Both the position numbers and the translations under genes were made by a program. A model generated the notes under the pieces. The model did not search any database and was not told the DNA's origin. It worked only from the letters and a program-made list of their open reading frames with translations. Of a stretch of DNA of 64,000 bases, positions 12,751 through 25,482 are shown one piece after another. The DNA comes from Vicugna vicugna (lineage: Eukaryota), in contig MU057744.1 in NCBI GenBank assembly GCA_013265495.1, forward strand, positions 2,369,370-2,433,369, given 5' to 3'. Every line of letters begins with the position of its first letter. Position 1 is the stretch's first letter.

Positions 12751-13154
12751 GAAGTAAGCCAGGAAGAGAAAGGAATATACCATATGATATCACTTATATG
12801 TGGAATCTTAAAAAAAAAAAGAAAGAAAAAAGGGGACACTAATGAACTCATCTACACAACAGAAACAGACTCGCAGACATAGTAAACAATGTCATGGTTA
12901 CCGGGGGAAAGAGGGTGAGAAGGGATAAACTTGGGAGTTTGAGATTTGCAAAGGTTAACCACTATATATAAAAACAGATTAAAAAAAAAGTTTCTTCTGT
13001 ACAGCACAGGAAACTACGTTCTATATCCTGTAATAACCTTTAATGAAAAAGAATATGAAAACGAATGTATGTATGTATATGCATGACTGGGACATTGTGC
13101 TGCACACCAGAAACTGACACATTGTAACTGACTGTATTTCAATTAAAAAAAAAA
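12751..13154 (+). mobile_element. 5'-truncated lineage-specific L1 (3'UTR + poly-A)
   Basis: gaagtaagccaggaagagaaag...acagcacaggaaactac...acattgtaactgactgtatttcaatt then A10. Imperfect TSD aaaaaactgactt / aaaacacctgactt. Confidence 0.9.
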
Positions 13155-14199
13155 CACCTGACTTGATTTCCCTGCATTTGAAGTGGACAGAACCAGGACT
13201 GGTGTCAGATTCCTGCTGGAGGATGGTCTAAAGCGAGAAACCGACCAACATTAACACCTTACAGCTAGTAGACAGGGCTGAAGGACTGCAGGTTACATTT
13301 TTTAAATTCGAAAATAAAGATAACATTTACTGTCACAAGTTTCATAAAAACAGCTTTCACACAATGATTTTTGACAGAAAAATATTTTAATACATTGTGG
13401 TATTTGCAAGAACACCACACAATGCCTGTATAGTTGGCTAGTATTCCAAAGAACCTACATTTGTCATAATCAAAATATTCAGTATTTACCACAATCATCT
13501 TTGGGAAGAAGTTCATAGCGTTTTCTGAACAAACCAAAGCGTTCACTCATTAGGGGATGCTCCCGTGCCTGGGGTCACCTGCCGTGCGCGGAGCACGCAC
13601 ACACACTGTGATGGTGACAGATGATGGCGCAGGAGGGGCGTGTGGGTCATCAGTCCACCCTTCACTGCACAGAGGAGACGAGGGCCAGAGAGACTGAGAC
13701 GTCTTCTCAGTAACTCACAGGTCAGAAGTCACAAAGGTTTAAAGAGTTAATGACTTCACCACTGTACGATTATAAAAATGAGCTTTTAAATTTTCTTAGT
13801 GGTTTCCATAGTTCATCTTTCTGAAATGTATGTGGTACAGTTCGAGCTAAGGCTACGGCTGTATTTCTTTCCCAATGAGTCATCAACCAGTCTATTCATT
13901 TAATGAAGCATATATCCTTTCTTTATTGCTAAAAAGACTCAGTTATATCAATACCTATATTGATGGCTCTGTTCTCTTTTGAGTTGTGGTCATTTCCATA
14001 TTTGACACTTTACTTGTTTTTATTTCCTACTTATTTAGACTATACTTCATTTTTTAAAAATCCCAGTAATATATAGGAAAGGGCTTAATACGACCATGAG
14101 ATTTTGGGGGGACACAAATTCATTTCTGCTCTTAGGCTCAACAAACAAACTACTGAATCATGGAATGAGTTCATCTACCAACACAGTCTGGGCAGAGGG

Positions 14200-14620
14200 T
14201 ACTGGTGATTTAGTAAAGTAGACCAGTGAGTCCAACAAAGCTGACTTAGCTGACAAAAGGGAACGTGTATTATCAACAGAAATAGAAAATATTTTATCAA
14301 CAGAAATACAGTATTCAGGACAGAGAAGAAGGTTGGTCTCCTAACTTTATGCATTTAATTTTAAAATCCACAGTTCTGGAATCTATGAATATCACTATGT
14401 AGGTCTTCAGACAAACCGCCCATGAGTAAGAAAACTGAACAATAAATCATACGGGCAATTGTGAGAAATCTATTGAGAGTCACGGTTTGTGTGGGTGGTG
14501 GTGGAAAATAGCTGCGCATGCTAATGGGAAAGAAGATTTATATTCATTCTGTGTGAATTGCTTTGGTCCATTGCTCATCTGAAGAAATCTCTATGCAAGG
14601 AGGCACTGCATTCCCCGAGC
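14200..14620 (+). mobile_element. Possible L3/CR1 LINE fragment
   Basis: tgagtccaacaaagctgacttagctgacaaaag...atcaacagaaatacagtattcaggacagagaagaaggttggtctcc weakly resembles the L3 ORF2 3' region. Confidence 0.35.
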
Positions 14621-16639
14621 GAGCGTGGCTGCCGAGAGATTAAGTTTACGGTCTGATGACTGAGTTACTCCCACTCCGCTGTGGACCGTGCGGGACAGCT
14701 CACGTTCTCAGTCGGGGAGACAAAGACTAGAAAGCCCACGTTCCTTTCACCAGAGTGTTTATTATTTATTTATTTATTCCTTTACTAACAGACTGAACTA
14801 AAAGTTTGTAATGGCAGATGTTAAGCCTGAGACTTGGCTCCCAGGTAAGAACGTGCTTTGCTTTTGCTCCTTCTGATTTCTCTTTTGCTGAAATCCCGTA
14901 TCTCATCCACGAAGTTAGCCCCAGCAAGACTCACCAAACAGAACAAAATCCTAACCCAGCAAATCCATAGTTTCTTCGCAAGGCTCAGTTTTCTGTGCAT
15001 GTGAAAAACGGGACTCAGAAGTTGATTAGTGATCAGAAATATTTCAAACATCAGTATTGGAAGAACCACGGAAGCCCAAAGTGGCCATGGTAGAAGGGAA
15101 ATGTTTCCCCTATTGTGTGTCCCATGTTACAGGCAAAGAGAAAAGGCGGTAGAAACATACGAAGGGAAGTTACAGGGTAGACCCTCAAAGTTAGGTTGAA
15201 AGTACTGGTAATGACCCCTCACCTTCCTTTGTAATTTCGCTTCTGTATTTCTTTGTCATTTGGGGTCTTTAGCTAATTGTCTGTGCAACAGAAGTCAGCT
15301 TATTTCTCTTAGTAAATTGTTCTGAGGAACACATGGCTCTAACACAGGAAACTAGGACTTGTGGGTAGAAATCAAAAGGAAACAGGAAAGCTCTGGCAAT
15401 TAGATTTGTCCTTGTAAAGTATCACCATCTTCTGTGTCTTCACAAGTTCTCCACGTTCTTTTATTACAGGGTTTTTCATTTCTAATGGGAGCCAAATTGT
15501 AATATCATTGAGAAAAAATGGCATATTTCATTAAATACTCATTTTGTAAATGACTGATATCACATACTTTCTAAGGGCAGGATTTGAAGTGTGACTTTTC
15601 ATAGGAAAGAGTGAGGTACAATTATGGAGAAGCAAGATTTACATATATATGACAGAAGAAACTGGGCTAATACATACAAATTTTTCTTTGAATTGGGCCA
15701 AACCAAATTATGACTTTTAATTTACTTTAGTAATTAAACATTGTAGGTCACTCTTCTAACACATCAGCTCTGACTTGCTTTTTATCATTCTGCCACCCCA
15801 GGGAAAATGTGCTTGGGACAGTTCTTAAAGTAGAATGATACACCTTGCAAAGCAAAGACGAATGAGACTTGGTTATGAAAATGCCAAACATCAATGTCTG
15901 TCTGCAAATCAAATGCATTAGGACCACTCCCGAGACCCCAGATGAATAAAATACCACATACGTTCGGATGATGCCGAGATAAATGCGATATCCAGAGAGA
16001 GAAATTATACAGCAGAGATCATTTTCTCTCCTGGATTGTGCATCAAATATATGGTCACGCTGCTTTTATTTGCTTGGTATATTATCATGTCCCAGATGTA
16101 AATTGATAGTCCTATTAAAACTGCCAAAGGTGTTGGTGACATTTATTTGCTAGCTGATGTTTCATATGCAACTGTTTTTCATCTGATGAACAATTCATTT
16201 ACACCGACAGCTCTAATTTTACAGAATTGCTCTTTCAGGACATATATTCGAGGTGGTTGTTTGTATCAGTATTCTATGACTTCCTTCATATCTCCCCACT
16301 CACTGCCCCTCTTAGAATGACCTGCGCATGTTATGGCGAGTGTCACTGCTGTCATCACCAACAGGCAGAGGAAACCAAGCAAACGTTCTGGCAGCAAGCA
16401 TTTCAGGGGTGCAGTTCAGAACTTAATGGCCACTGTCCCAGAACAGTGACAAGTCCCCTGAACAAGCGCTGAGCAGTTGGCTTCTTTTTTGGTCTGTGAA
16501 GTCTGTCACATGCACCAAAATGCGTATAAAACAGGGTCCCTTTTTTATGTAAGGAGGAATGCAGAATAATTACGTTAATCTGCTGGCACTAGTTGAATGT
16601 GACCCATTGGATTTTTATAAAATTAGCAAACACTGTTGT

Positions 16640-17876
16640 AAAACGTTACAGAAAAGTTACTTTTGGCTTCTCGCTGCACGCACTTCTCCCCACACGTGAC
16701 ATTAAATCTGGAAATGTGCACCTCTTATCTGCTTCACCCGTTTTGCCCACCCCCAACCACCTTCCTTTTTCCAGCCATCAGTCTGCTCTCTGTATCTGTA
16801 AGTTTTATTTTTCATTTGTTTTTAGATTCAACACAAGGATGGGATCGTACGGCATTTGCCTCTTCTCTGTCTATTTCACTTAGCATAACGCACTCAGGGT
16901 TCATCCCTGTTGTTACAGGTGGCAAGATTTCACTCTCTTACGGTCGCAGAGGTGGTCCCAAGGTGACGTCTGGCCTGCTTTGCAGGATCGTAATTTTCTT
17001 GCTTCTGGTGTCTGCTCCTGGCGGCTGGTCTAGAGGCTCGGTCTGGCTCCCTGGTGGAAGAGGCTGAGGTCTGCCCACGGGTGGGTGGAGCTGGGCCTTG
17101 GCCCTCTGCTGGGCTGGGCCGTGGCTAGGGGTGAGCCCAGATGTGGCTGTGGGCTCTTCAGTCTTTAGGCAGCCCGTCTGCTTCGGGGTGGGCTGTGTCC
17201 CCGCCCGGTTGGCTGTTTGGCCTGAGGCGTCCCAGCGCTGAGGCTGCAGGCTGCTGGGGGGGCCAGGCCTTGGAGCTAGTAAGCTGGGGTGTCAGCCGAG
17301 GTGTCAGCCGCGGACATCAACATGCTGACTCGGCTGAACGTTCCCCAGTATGTCCCAGGGTGAGCCCCAGCCGCCCCCTGCCCCTCCGGGAAACTCTCCA
17401 GGCCCAGCCAAGGTTCCTATGAAATTACTGCTGTTTCCCTGCGTCTGGGTGCAGGGAGATTTTGCACACGTCCTGTCTCTGTTTCCCCCAGGCCAGCGGG
17501 GCTCTTGCAACTAAAGCCTCGCTGGCCTTCAAAGCCGAATGCTCTGGAGGCTTGTCCTCCTGGTGCCGCACCCCCGGGCTGGGAGCCTGACGTGGCTCAG
17601 AACCCTCACTCCTCGGGAAGAGCCTCTGCAAAGCAATTCTCCTCCCGTCTGGGGGCTGCTGGCTGGCGTGCATGGGGTTTGACCGTCTTGCAAGGGGGCC
17701 CCTCCTGCCTCTCTTGCTGCGGCTCCTTCTCCACGCCTTCCGTTTCAGAAGACCTCTTGTGGCAGGCTCCAGTCTTTTCCACAGACGGCTGTTCTGCAGA
17801 CAGTTCTGGGTTTGGTGCGCTCGTGAGAGGGCGTGAGCTCAGGGTCTTTCTGCTCTGTCATCGTGGCCACGCTCTC
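16640..17876 (-). mobile_element. Internally deleted L1 (5'UTR joined to ORF2 end/3'UTR, L1MA9-like)
   Basis: The minus strand starts gagagcgtggccacgatgacagagcagaaagaccctgagctcacgccctctcacgagc (L1 5' terminus-like). After ~930 bp of GC-rich 5'UTR it switches near 16945 to gtgaaatcttgccacctgtaacaacagggatg...atgctaagtgaaata (ORF2 end/3'UTR). Confidence 0.75.
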
Positions 17877-18249
17877 ACGGTTATTTTTAAATAAAGAGTT
17901 AATTTAAATAATAGGAAAAGAAATCTTGTACGTTGTCATCACGTGGGATGCCCTTCGGCCCTCTGCACAGATGACTGCGTCCATCGGCAGTGTTCTTCCT
18001 GTCCGCAATCCACTGTTACTGTGCTGGAAGTGTGCGGTGGTGACGCTGAGGTGTGGGGGACGGAAAGCATTCTGGAACCTTCTGTGTGGGTCTTCGTCTC
18101 TGGAAGTCCTGTGTCCCCAGGTGGTGACCTTCACCAGTCTGGGTCAGGAAGGCTGAAGGGGACTGAAGTGGGGACACACCCTGTTCACCATGAAAGACAA
18201 GGCTGGGGTACAGTGTTCTCCATGAGGCATAAGCTTTTGTCTGTGACAA

Positions 18250-19200
18250 CACTCCTGGCGTCTTTAAAGATGGTACTTCCCCTTCCTCCTGCCAGAGCTG
18301 TTTGGGGGTTTTCTCGTGGCCCTTCATGGTGAGAAATCATGCTTTCCCTGGAGATAAAACCCACGGAAGTGCAGAGGCCTCCTAGGACCACAAGAGTTTC
18401 TTTGCTGCTGCGCCAACAGGAACTTGTCAAAATGATCATTTAAGTGTTCCTACCTGTTTCTTGCTCCAGTGGCTTCTGACCAAGGTAAGGGGATCTTGGC
18501 TGTGTTCTCTGTATTTGCCTGATTTTCCAGAATTTTAGGTGGAAGTTTTGCTACTTCAGTTCTCTCTTCGTTTCAAGAAAACACATTGATAATTAGTTTG
18601 TTTGAGTTTTACTTCTTCTAAGGATGTGTGGGATGACTTCCAAGGTCTTTACTTGTTGGACCTGAAGCCAGAGAGGGAAATCCTCTTAGCAACTGGCCTG
18701 ACGCCTTCCTCTGTTAAACCAGCATCCGTGCCAGCGCTGACTGTGTGCAACTGATTGACCTGTCTCTTCTTTCTTCATCTTATGTTCCCTCTTTCTTGTA
18801 GGCCTGGAAATCTTTTGCGGGATGCCAGACGTTGCAAACTGTACCTGGTCAGCGGCCTGGATGTTTTATATTTCTACAAATTTGAGCTTTTTTGGGGGGG
18901 GTGTAGGTATGTTACTTGGAAATTATTTGATTTGGATATTGGTTTTATGAATTTTTTGGATAAAACTAAAGCCATGTCAGCCCACAGGTAGTTGTCTACT
19001 GGGGTAAGGCTCTCCCATATAACTGTCCCAGTGTCTCGTGGATCAAGAGGTTTCCAGTCCTGCTGGAGGAGCAGCACTGTCCTTAGGACGGGCACTCCCC
19101 CGTATTATTCTTCCAGGTCACCCTTTCCCATGCCTCTCACTGGCCTCTCACTCTATTTTCACCGACCTGGGTATTGGGTTCTTAGTCTTTATTATTTGGA
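18250..19200 (-). mobile_element. Ancient L1M (L1MD/ME-type) 5'-region fragments
   Basis: gatgacttccaaggtctttacttgttggacctgaagccagaga and gggatgccagacgttgcaaactgtacctgg...ttacttggaaattatttgat resemble old L1M 5' ends. Confidence 0.5.
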
Positions 19201-19688
19201 TAGTAATATCTGTATGTTAGAACAGTTTTAATTAAATGAAATAAAACATAACAGGAAACTGGCGTAAAACCTGTCACAGGGAAACCCAACAGATCAATAT
19301 TTTTATTCTAACGTTAGCCTAGATCGTGCGACAGCTGATTTTTGAAAACAAAAACCAAAAAACCCGCCAAAAAACCCCGAACACTATCAGGATCCCAGAG
19401 AGACAAATGAAAAGCATTACTGAGGGCTTAGAGGGTCACATAAAAGTTGCAGAACCAGGAGCAAACTGGAGGTAACAGAAAAGGTAAATGGAAGGGTAAC
19501 TGGAGGGGGAAGGCACCTAACCCAGAAGGGGTGTGATGATTTGAAGGGACGTGTGTTATACAGACCTTGGTTTCTGAAAACACCATCCTCACTGAAGCAA
19601 TGACTATTTCTCTCTCAGTGTTCTGACTGGGGTAAGAAAAGTAATGAATGACATCCCGCAATTTAAGCTGCATACACACCCGCTCATG

Positions 19689-19710
19689 CACACACACACA
19701 CACACACACA
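19689..19710. repeat. (CA)n microsatellite
   Basis: About 11 uninterrupted CA units. Confidence 0.9.
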
Positions 19711-20209
19711 GACGTGCTAACACTACACACATAATTCCACTGGCCGCAGCAGACAGAGGCGTCTAACTGAAACCCGCCCCAAGAGCGTGACGTACAACTG
19801 TGCCCCTGGCCGTGTGACGGCCATGCCTGCTCACAGGCACTCACCCTGGGTTCACCAGCTCTGCCTCCTGCTCCTCTTACTTGTCAACAAGAGGAACTAT
19901 TTTTTTAAACAACAGGGGAAATTCGGAGGCACAGTGGAAATAAAACATCTCAGGGATATACAGACATTTTGGTAAGTTACAGCCCTCCTGGTGACCTGTC
20001 TCCTGCTGTTACCGTGCCCTGCTGCAAGCCTTAAAGTCGCAGACTGGAAGCTTGGGTTTTTATTTTTATCCGAAAGTGATATATCCTCAGTTGGTAAGTC
20101 AGGTTTTACTCGATGGGCGTGGAAAGATCATATTCCCGGGTAGCCAAAAGGAAATTTTCAAAAAATTAGAAATCATTCCATTCATTATTAAAAAAAAATC
20201 TCTGATCAC

Positions 20210-20751
20210 TCTATTAGACAGTGTTCTCCAGAGAGACAGAGCCACTGGGATATAGAGACACGGGTGGAGGCAGGGGCAGAAACAGACGCTAGTACGGACG
20301 CAGACACAGACATGGACAAGGGGGGATTTCTACAGAAGCCAGCGTGCATGATCTCAGAGGCTGATAAACCCCAGCTCCCCATCTACAAACTAAGAAATCA
20401 GGAAAGCAGTGGTGTGATTCAGGGTGAGCCTGAGGGTCTGGGGACCGGGGCTGCTGATGGGATGGGTCCCGGTCTAAGACCCAAGGCCTGAGAACCAGGA
20501 GGCCCATACGGATGTCCGCGCTCCGGCAGAGCGTGAGCCTCACCTCCTCCCGCTCCGTGCTCCAGGTGGGCACGGGGGACTGCACGGCGCCTGCCTGCAG
20601 CGGTGAGCACAAACTTCTCCGCTCACTCTGCGATCCAGACGCTGATCCCTTCCACAGACACCCTCACAGAGGCCCCTAAGGATGATGTTTTGCCAGAAAC
20701 TGGACGTCTCCCAGCCAGCCAAGCTGACATACAGAACTGACACCCATGACA
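20210..20751 (-). mobile_element. MLT2-type ERV-L solo LTR
   Basis: tctattagacagtgttctccagagagacagagcca...aaggcctgagaaccaggagg...acaccctcacaga...ccaagctgacatacagaactgacacccatgaca. Confidence 0.85.
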
Positions 20752-21097
20752 ATCTAGATATTGCAGAGAAGAATTTTCAACGATGGCTGTCCCGGTATTA
20801 GTCTGACACTCACTTCTCCATCGAGAGCCGGGATTTACGTTTAAACAGATACGACTATTTTATGATGTTAGTGTTCAGAATATCGTTTATGCCTGCAGGT
20901 AAGTTCACTGTGATGAGCATTCGAGTAGCTTCTGGGGTGCTGAAAATATTTTATATGGTCGCATGGCTTTGTCCACCATGCAAAAAAGTCCTGGGCTGTA
21001 GAGTCATGATACGTGCAACTTATTATATGTACGTTATACATCAAATAGAACATTGCAACGTCTTCCTGACTTGTATTCACTAAGCCATGTTTTTATT

Positions 21098-21350
21098 AGG
21101 GGCCGTGAAAGCAAACATCTATACGGGCCGGTGAGATACTACCTACCGTCTAAACGCGACATACTGTGTGCAGCTCCAGGCAAACGCAGTCATGAAGGAT
21201 GTTGAACCCACTGTGGCCATACTTTCTAATACATTAAGGAAGCTATAAATTTTAGATTTTTTTGTGTGGAATTTTCTAGTTTTAAGTATCTGTTTATCTC
21301 CCCACCATGCCAGCAAAAAAATTATAAAATATGTTCGGTGCAGGGGCAAA
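21098..21350 (+). mobile_element. MER102-like hAT-Charlie element
   Basis: cagctccaggc...gaacccactgtggccatactttctaatac...gaagctataaattttagatttttttgtgtggaattttc follows the recalled MER102 consensus. Confidence 0.55.
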
Positions 21351-21997
21351 TGTTTTATGCTCATTGTGATCTTGATATGATCATTAAAATCATGAAACCA
21401 GACTTCTTTCCTTTGCAATTGTTTTTGGGAAAAATTTATACCTCCCCTTTTGCATTTGCTTAGGCAATCTCTGGACACTGCAAGGGAAGTTTTTAATCAC
21501 GGCATATTTCCCCCTCTGGTGCCTTGGCTCTCACAAGTCATTTTCATTCTTTTGCCCAGGTCAGCCGACTGTCAATGAGTGCCACACCGTCCTGAGTCAT
21601 CGATATGGGATGGTTGCAATCCAATTACTTGTCAGGGAATAAAACCTCAAATCTGCTATTGCTCACTATTTATGAAAGGCACAGTTGAGAGAACACAATA
21701 TTTATGGAAAAATTTCTGAATGGTAAGCAGCAAACTCATATCTCTAAATGCTCTAATAGCTAACTGTAAATTAACCCACACTGTAAGTGTACCAGCAGCT
21801 TAGAACACATAATTTTGCCACCCCCTAGTACAAGAGCATTTGCAGAATAACCGTTTGGCAAGAGGCCATTGTCACACAGCGAGGGAGAGTGAAAGAAACA
21901 TCCCTAAGGGATTGTTGCTTCTATGCTACATACCGCTGTTTCCGTGACAGACTCCCCAGGGAAACGGCTCTGTGCTCTCAGGGTCAGAAAGAGGTGC

Positions 21998-22126
21998 TTT
22001 ATTCACTATCTTGTAATAACCTATAAAGAAAAAGAATATATATGTATAACTGAATTGCTATGCTGTAGACCAGAAATTTAACACAATATTGTAAATCAGC
22101 TAGACTTCAATCAACAGGAAAAGAAA
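21998..22126 (+). mobile_element. Very short 5'-truncated L1 3' end
   Basis: attcactatcttgtaataacctataa...gtaaatcagctagacttcaat plus A-rich tail. TSD agaaagaggtgc (21986-21997) / agaaaaaggtgc (22127-22138). Confidence 0.85.
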
Positions 22127-25100
22127 AGAAAAAGGTGCGCCTGGTAGCTGGATTGCTTTTGTGTCACGGACCCCATCACTAGGCTTCTCTGCTTCTCAAA
22201 AGAAGGGCAGCTGGAACTATATCCACATGCAGGAAACCAGGCAATAAATAGTACATACCGGTATTTCTGGGAAAAAAATTACACGCAAATATTCAGAGAA
22301 AATGTTTTGAATTTTTGTGCTCTTTAAACACTCTGTCACATGTGGACACGAATTAATTAATCAGAATTCAATGTCTTCATTTTGATAATTCAGTATTTCT
22401 GTTTTGTTGTTTATTTTGTTCCATGAACATCGTAAAAGCATAAATTTGTAGCATAAGCTTAAAGCTAGTAAAAATGCACAGGATAATTTAGAATGTAAAG
22501 TAGATACATAATGATAAAGTTTATGCCAGACATGGACTAGTTCCTGACATAACCTCTAAAATTTTTGACAAGAAATATGAAAGCATTAACCAATTACACC
22601 AAGACATTTGGTAGAAAACATACTCAAATGCTTACAAAAAATATGTATTGAAATAAAAATGAACTCTGATTCCACTTGTACTAAAAACCCTGAAGTCTGA
22701 CAACCTGAAAATGTAACTTGTCCAATATAGCTATTTATTAGCACTTTGGGGCTTCTGTTGCAAAGACAGACTAAGCAAGTCTATTTACTGCAATATTAAA
22801 GACAGGCTTACCAAAACTGTCATTTTACCACACACTGTTTGAAGCCTGAAATTTCACTTACCCACTACAAAACAAAGTGGTGAGTATCTTCAATTCACAT
22901 GAAAAGATGACTGAGAACTCGAGTGTGAGCGGTAATGACAAGAGAGAAGTGAAAGCTTCCGAAGACTAAGGACAGGACACTGACAACATGTTGGCGTCTA
23001 TTAGAATCAAACGTCACAGTAACAGTCCTGGGTGCAAAACGATCTGTCTGCTCAGGTTTCGAATTTCACGCGATTATGAACGCATGATTGCAAATCAAAT
23101 CAAATCAGGCAAAATAAACATTGCCAGAAGTTCACTTCCTTTCCAAATTTCCCTTAAAAAATGTTCAGGGATGTGTTCCCTCAACAGTAAAGGAATGCAA
23201 AATAATAGCGATATTAGATGTCAAGAGCCCACAGATTTCCCAAAGTGGAAGAAAAATAAATCTCAGGGTTACAGCTGAGTAGAAGGTTACCATGCATGCA
23301 ATCAATTGAAATTTAAAAAGCAGCTCATGGGAGCCCTAGGCGAAGAGAAAGACTTGTGTAATGAAAGTTATGAAGAAGAAACCAGATACTGTTATTGGTC
23401 AGATGATGTAATACATTCCTAAGTCTAAAAGAAAGGCAGAAAGGCAACTGGAAAATTCAGAAAAGTAAAGCTGACGTCAAACGATGTTTCAGTTATCAAT
23501 CAAAGTAAATTATGGTATAGTTTTGAAAATTTGAAGAATGCAAGACAGAATGCATTTAAAATTTGCCCCTGGATCAGTCACTTAAGAGTAAAAGATTTAG
23601 TTGACTTTGGCTAAACCCCCTTTTCTTCTGTTTCAATGTCATAGTTTGTGCATAAAATAGTGTTTACAGCATCATAATAGTGTAAATGCCACTTGCTCCT
23701 CTCCCCTTTAGAATGGGATAGGAGTAGGAAACTCAGAGGCAGCTGAAGTACAGTTGCTGATCAGAGTATAAAAGTTATAAATAACAGGCTCAGTGCTGTT
23801 GAAAGAATATTGTAACAGTAGCTGGTAAGTGAAGAGGCTGTTGCAGAGGGAGAGGAAACCACAGGCACGTACATTCCACTGCCATGCTTAATAAAACACT
23901 GAACCATAATTTCTAATGTTGAGTGATTAAGAAATAATATTAAAATATATCATATAAATGAAAATATCAGAACACATAACACTTGAGAGCAGTGGAACGA
24001 AGAAATGGAAATAGTTTCTGTGAGTAAATTCCTGTGAATAAATTCCTTGTTACTATTCAAGTTAGCAAACGTCTGAAATTAAGGTATGGACACATATGCA
24101 TATAAATTCCACCAAGAGGTTTAGAACTATAAATTTTAGGAGAACATGGTTGAGGATGAGAGAGAGTAGACATTTAAAATTTTAATTGTATGCCCCTCAA
24201 TTTCACTTTAATGCTTTTAATCCATTGGAATATGTTACTGAACATCAAAAATTTTCATAAAGCATGAAAATTTTATTTTGCATCCATTTTTTTTTCTGGC
24301 TAAAAAGAGAGAATTATCATTAATACAACAAGCATAAAAGAAGAATATTTGTTTGTTATTTCCTTCCAGGTGAGCTATCAGTGCATGTTGGCAGACGATG
24401 TTAGCACAATAAAAGAAAAGCTGGTGAAACCTTGGACTGTACATACGGTTAAATTGAACATGAATGCATAATACTGTCAAAATGCTTTTTAACATACTCC
24501 CAAGATGAATTTAAGTAATTGGTTATTAAACGAAAGATAACATTTTTACATCAAAGTTTATGAAAACATTAGATCTTTAATGAAGATACATTTTATATAG
24601 AGTACCTGACTGTAAAACCAATGATGAACACACTTTCTCGTGATATAATTTAAAGTTACTTTAAAAATAATATGTTTGCAGGCAGGACCACTACCGGAAG
24701 CACAGCACATTTCAACAACACTTGCAGACTAACGTACCAGATGTCTCTACACCAGTTGTGGCAACAACTCACCTCCAGGCATTCACTTCAGATTTACGCG
24801 ACGTGGAAAACGTCAGTGTTGTAAAAATGGTACAGTCTGCTAAAATCAGTGACTGATTTTTGATCCTTGTGGAGCTTTTTATGAACAAATGGGAAACAAC
24901 CGAGATGACTTACTCTAATGTAACAGTTAGCATTTATCATGGATTTGCAAAGTCACCATTTAATTGCACCTGACATCACCACAGCGACGAAAATCAAGTC
25001 TGAGTGGTAGATGAAGATGGTTGATTGCTTGAGGCTCCTTTACATTTGATGAAAAGTTAAAACTTTCATTCTAAAATAAATAGCACCATCAGTCAATTTT

Positions 25101-25412
25101 CTTCAGTGAAAATCCTTTGATGAGTATTTCTCTGAGGTAGGAAAAAAAAACCTTTAACTATCGAATCACGGGATCTTTGATTGAATCATATGGCAGAATA
25201 AATTGGGTCTCCAGTCCAAAAAAATACACTTCTTAATACTTTGCTAAAATAATGCAGTGAGCTTCTCTTTCAAGAAGCATGGCGGGCCAATTTCTCAGGC
25301 CGCTCGGAGAAGCTTTTCTCACGCTGAGCAACTATACTTCTAGGTAAAAATGTGTTTAACTTTTTAAATGGATGATTTAGCTGGGAGAATAGTAGAAAAT
25401 ACTCTTAGAGGC

Positions 25413-25482
25413 AAAAGAAAGAAAAAGGAAGGAAGGGAGGAAGGAAAGAAGGGAGGGAGGGAGGAAGGGAGGAAGGAAAGAG
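25413..25482. repeat. (GGAA/GGGA)n purine-rich simple repeat
   Basis: aaggaaggaagggaggaaggaaagaagggagggagggaggaagggaggaaggaaag. Confidence 0.85.
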
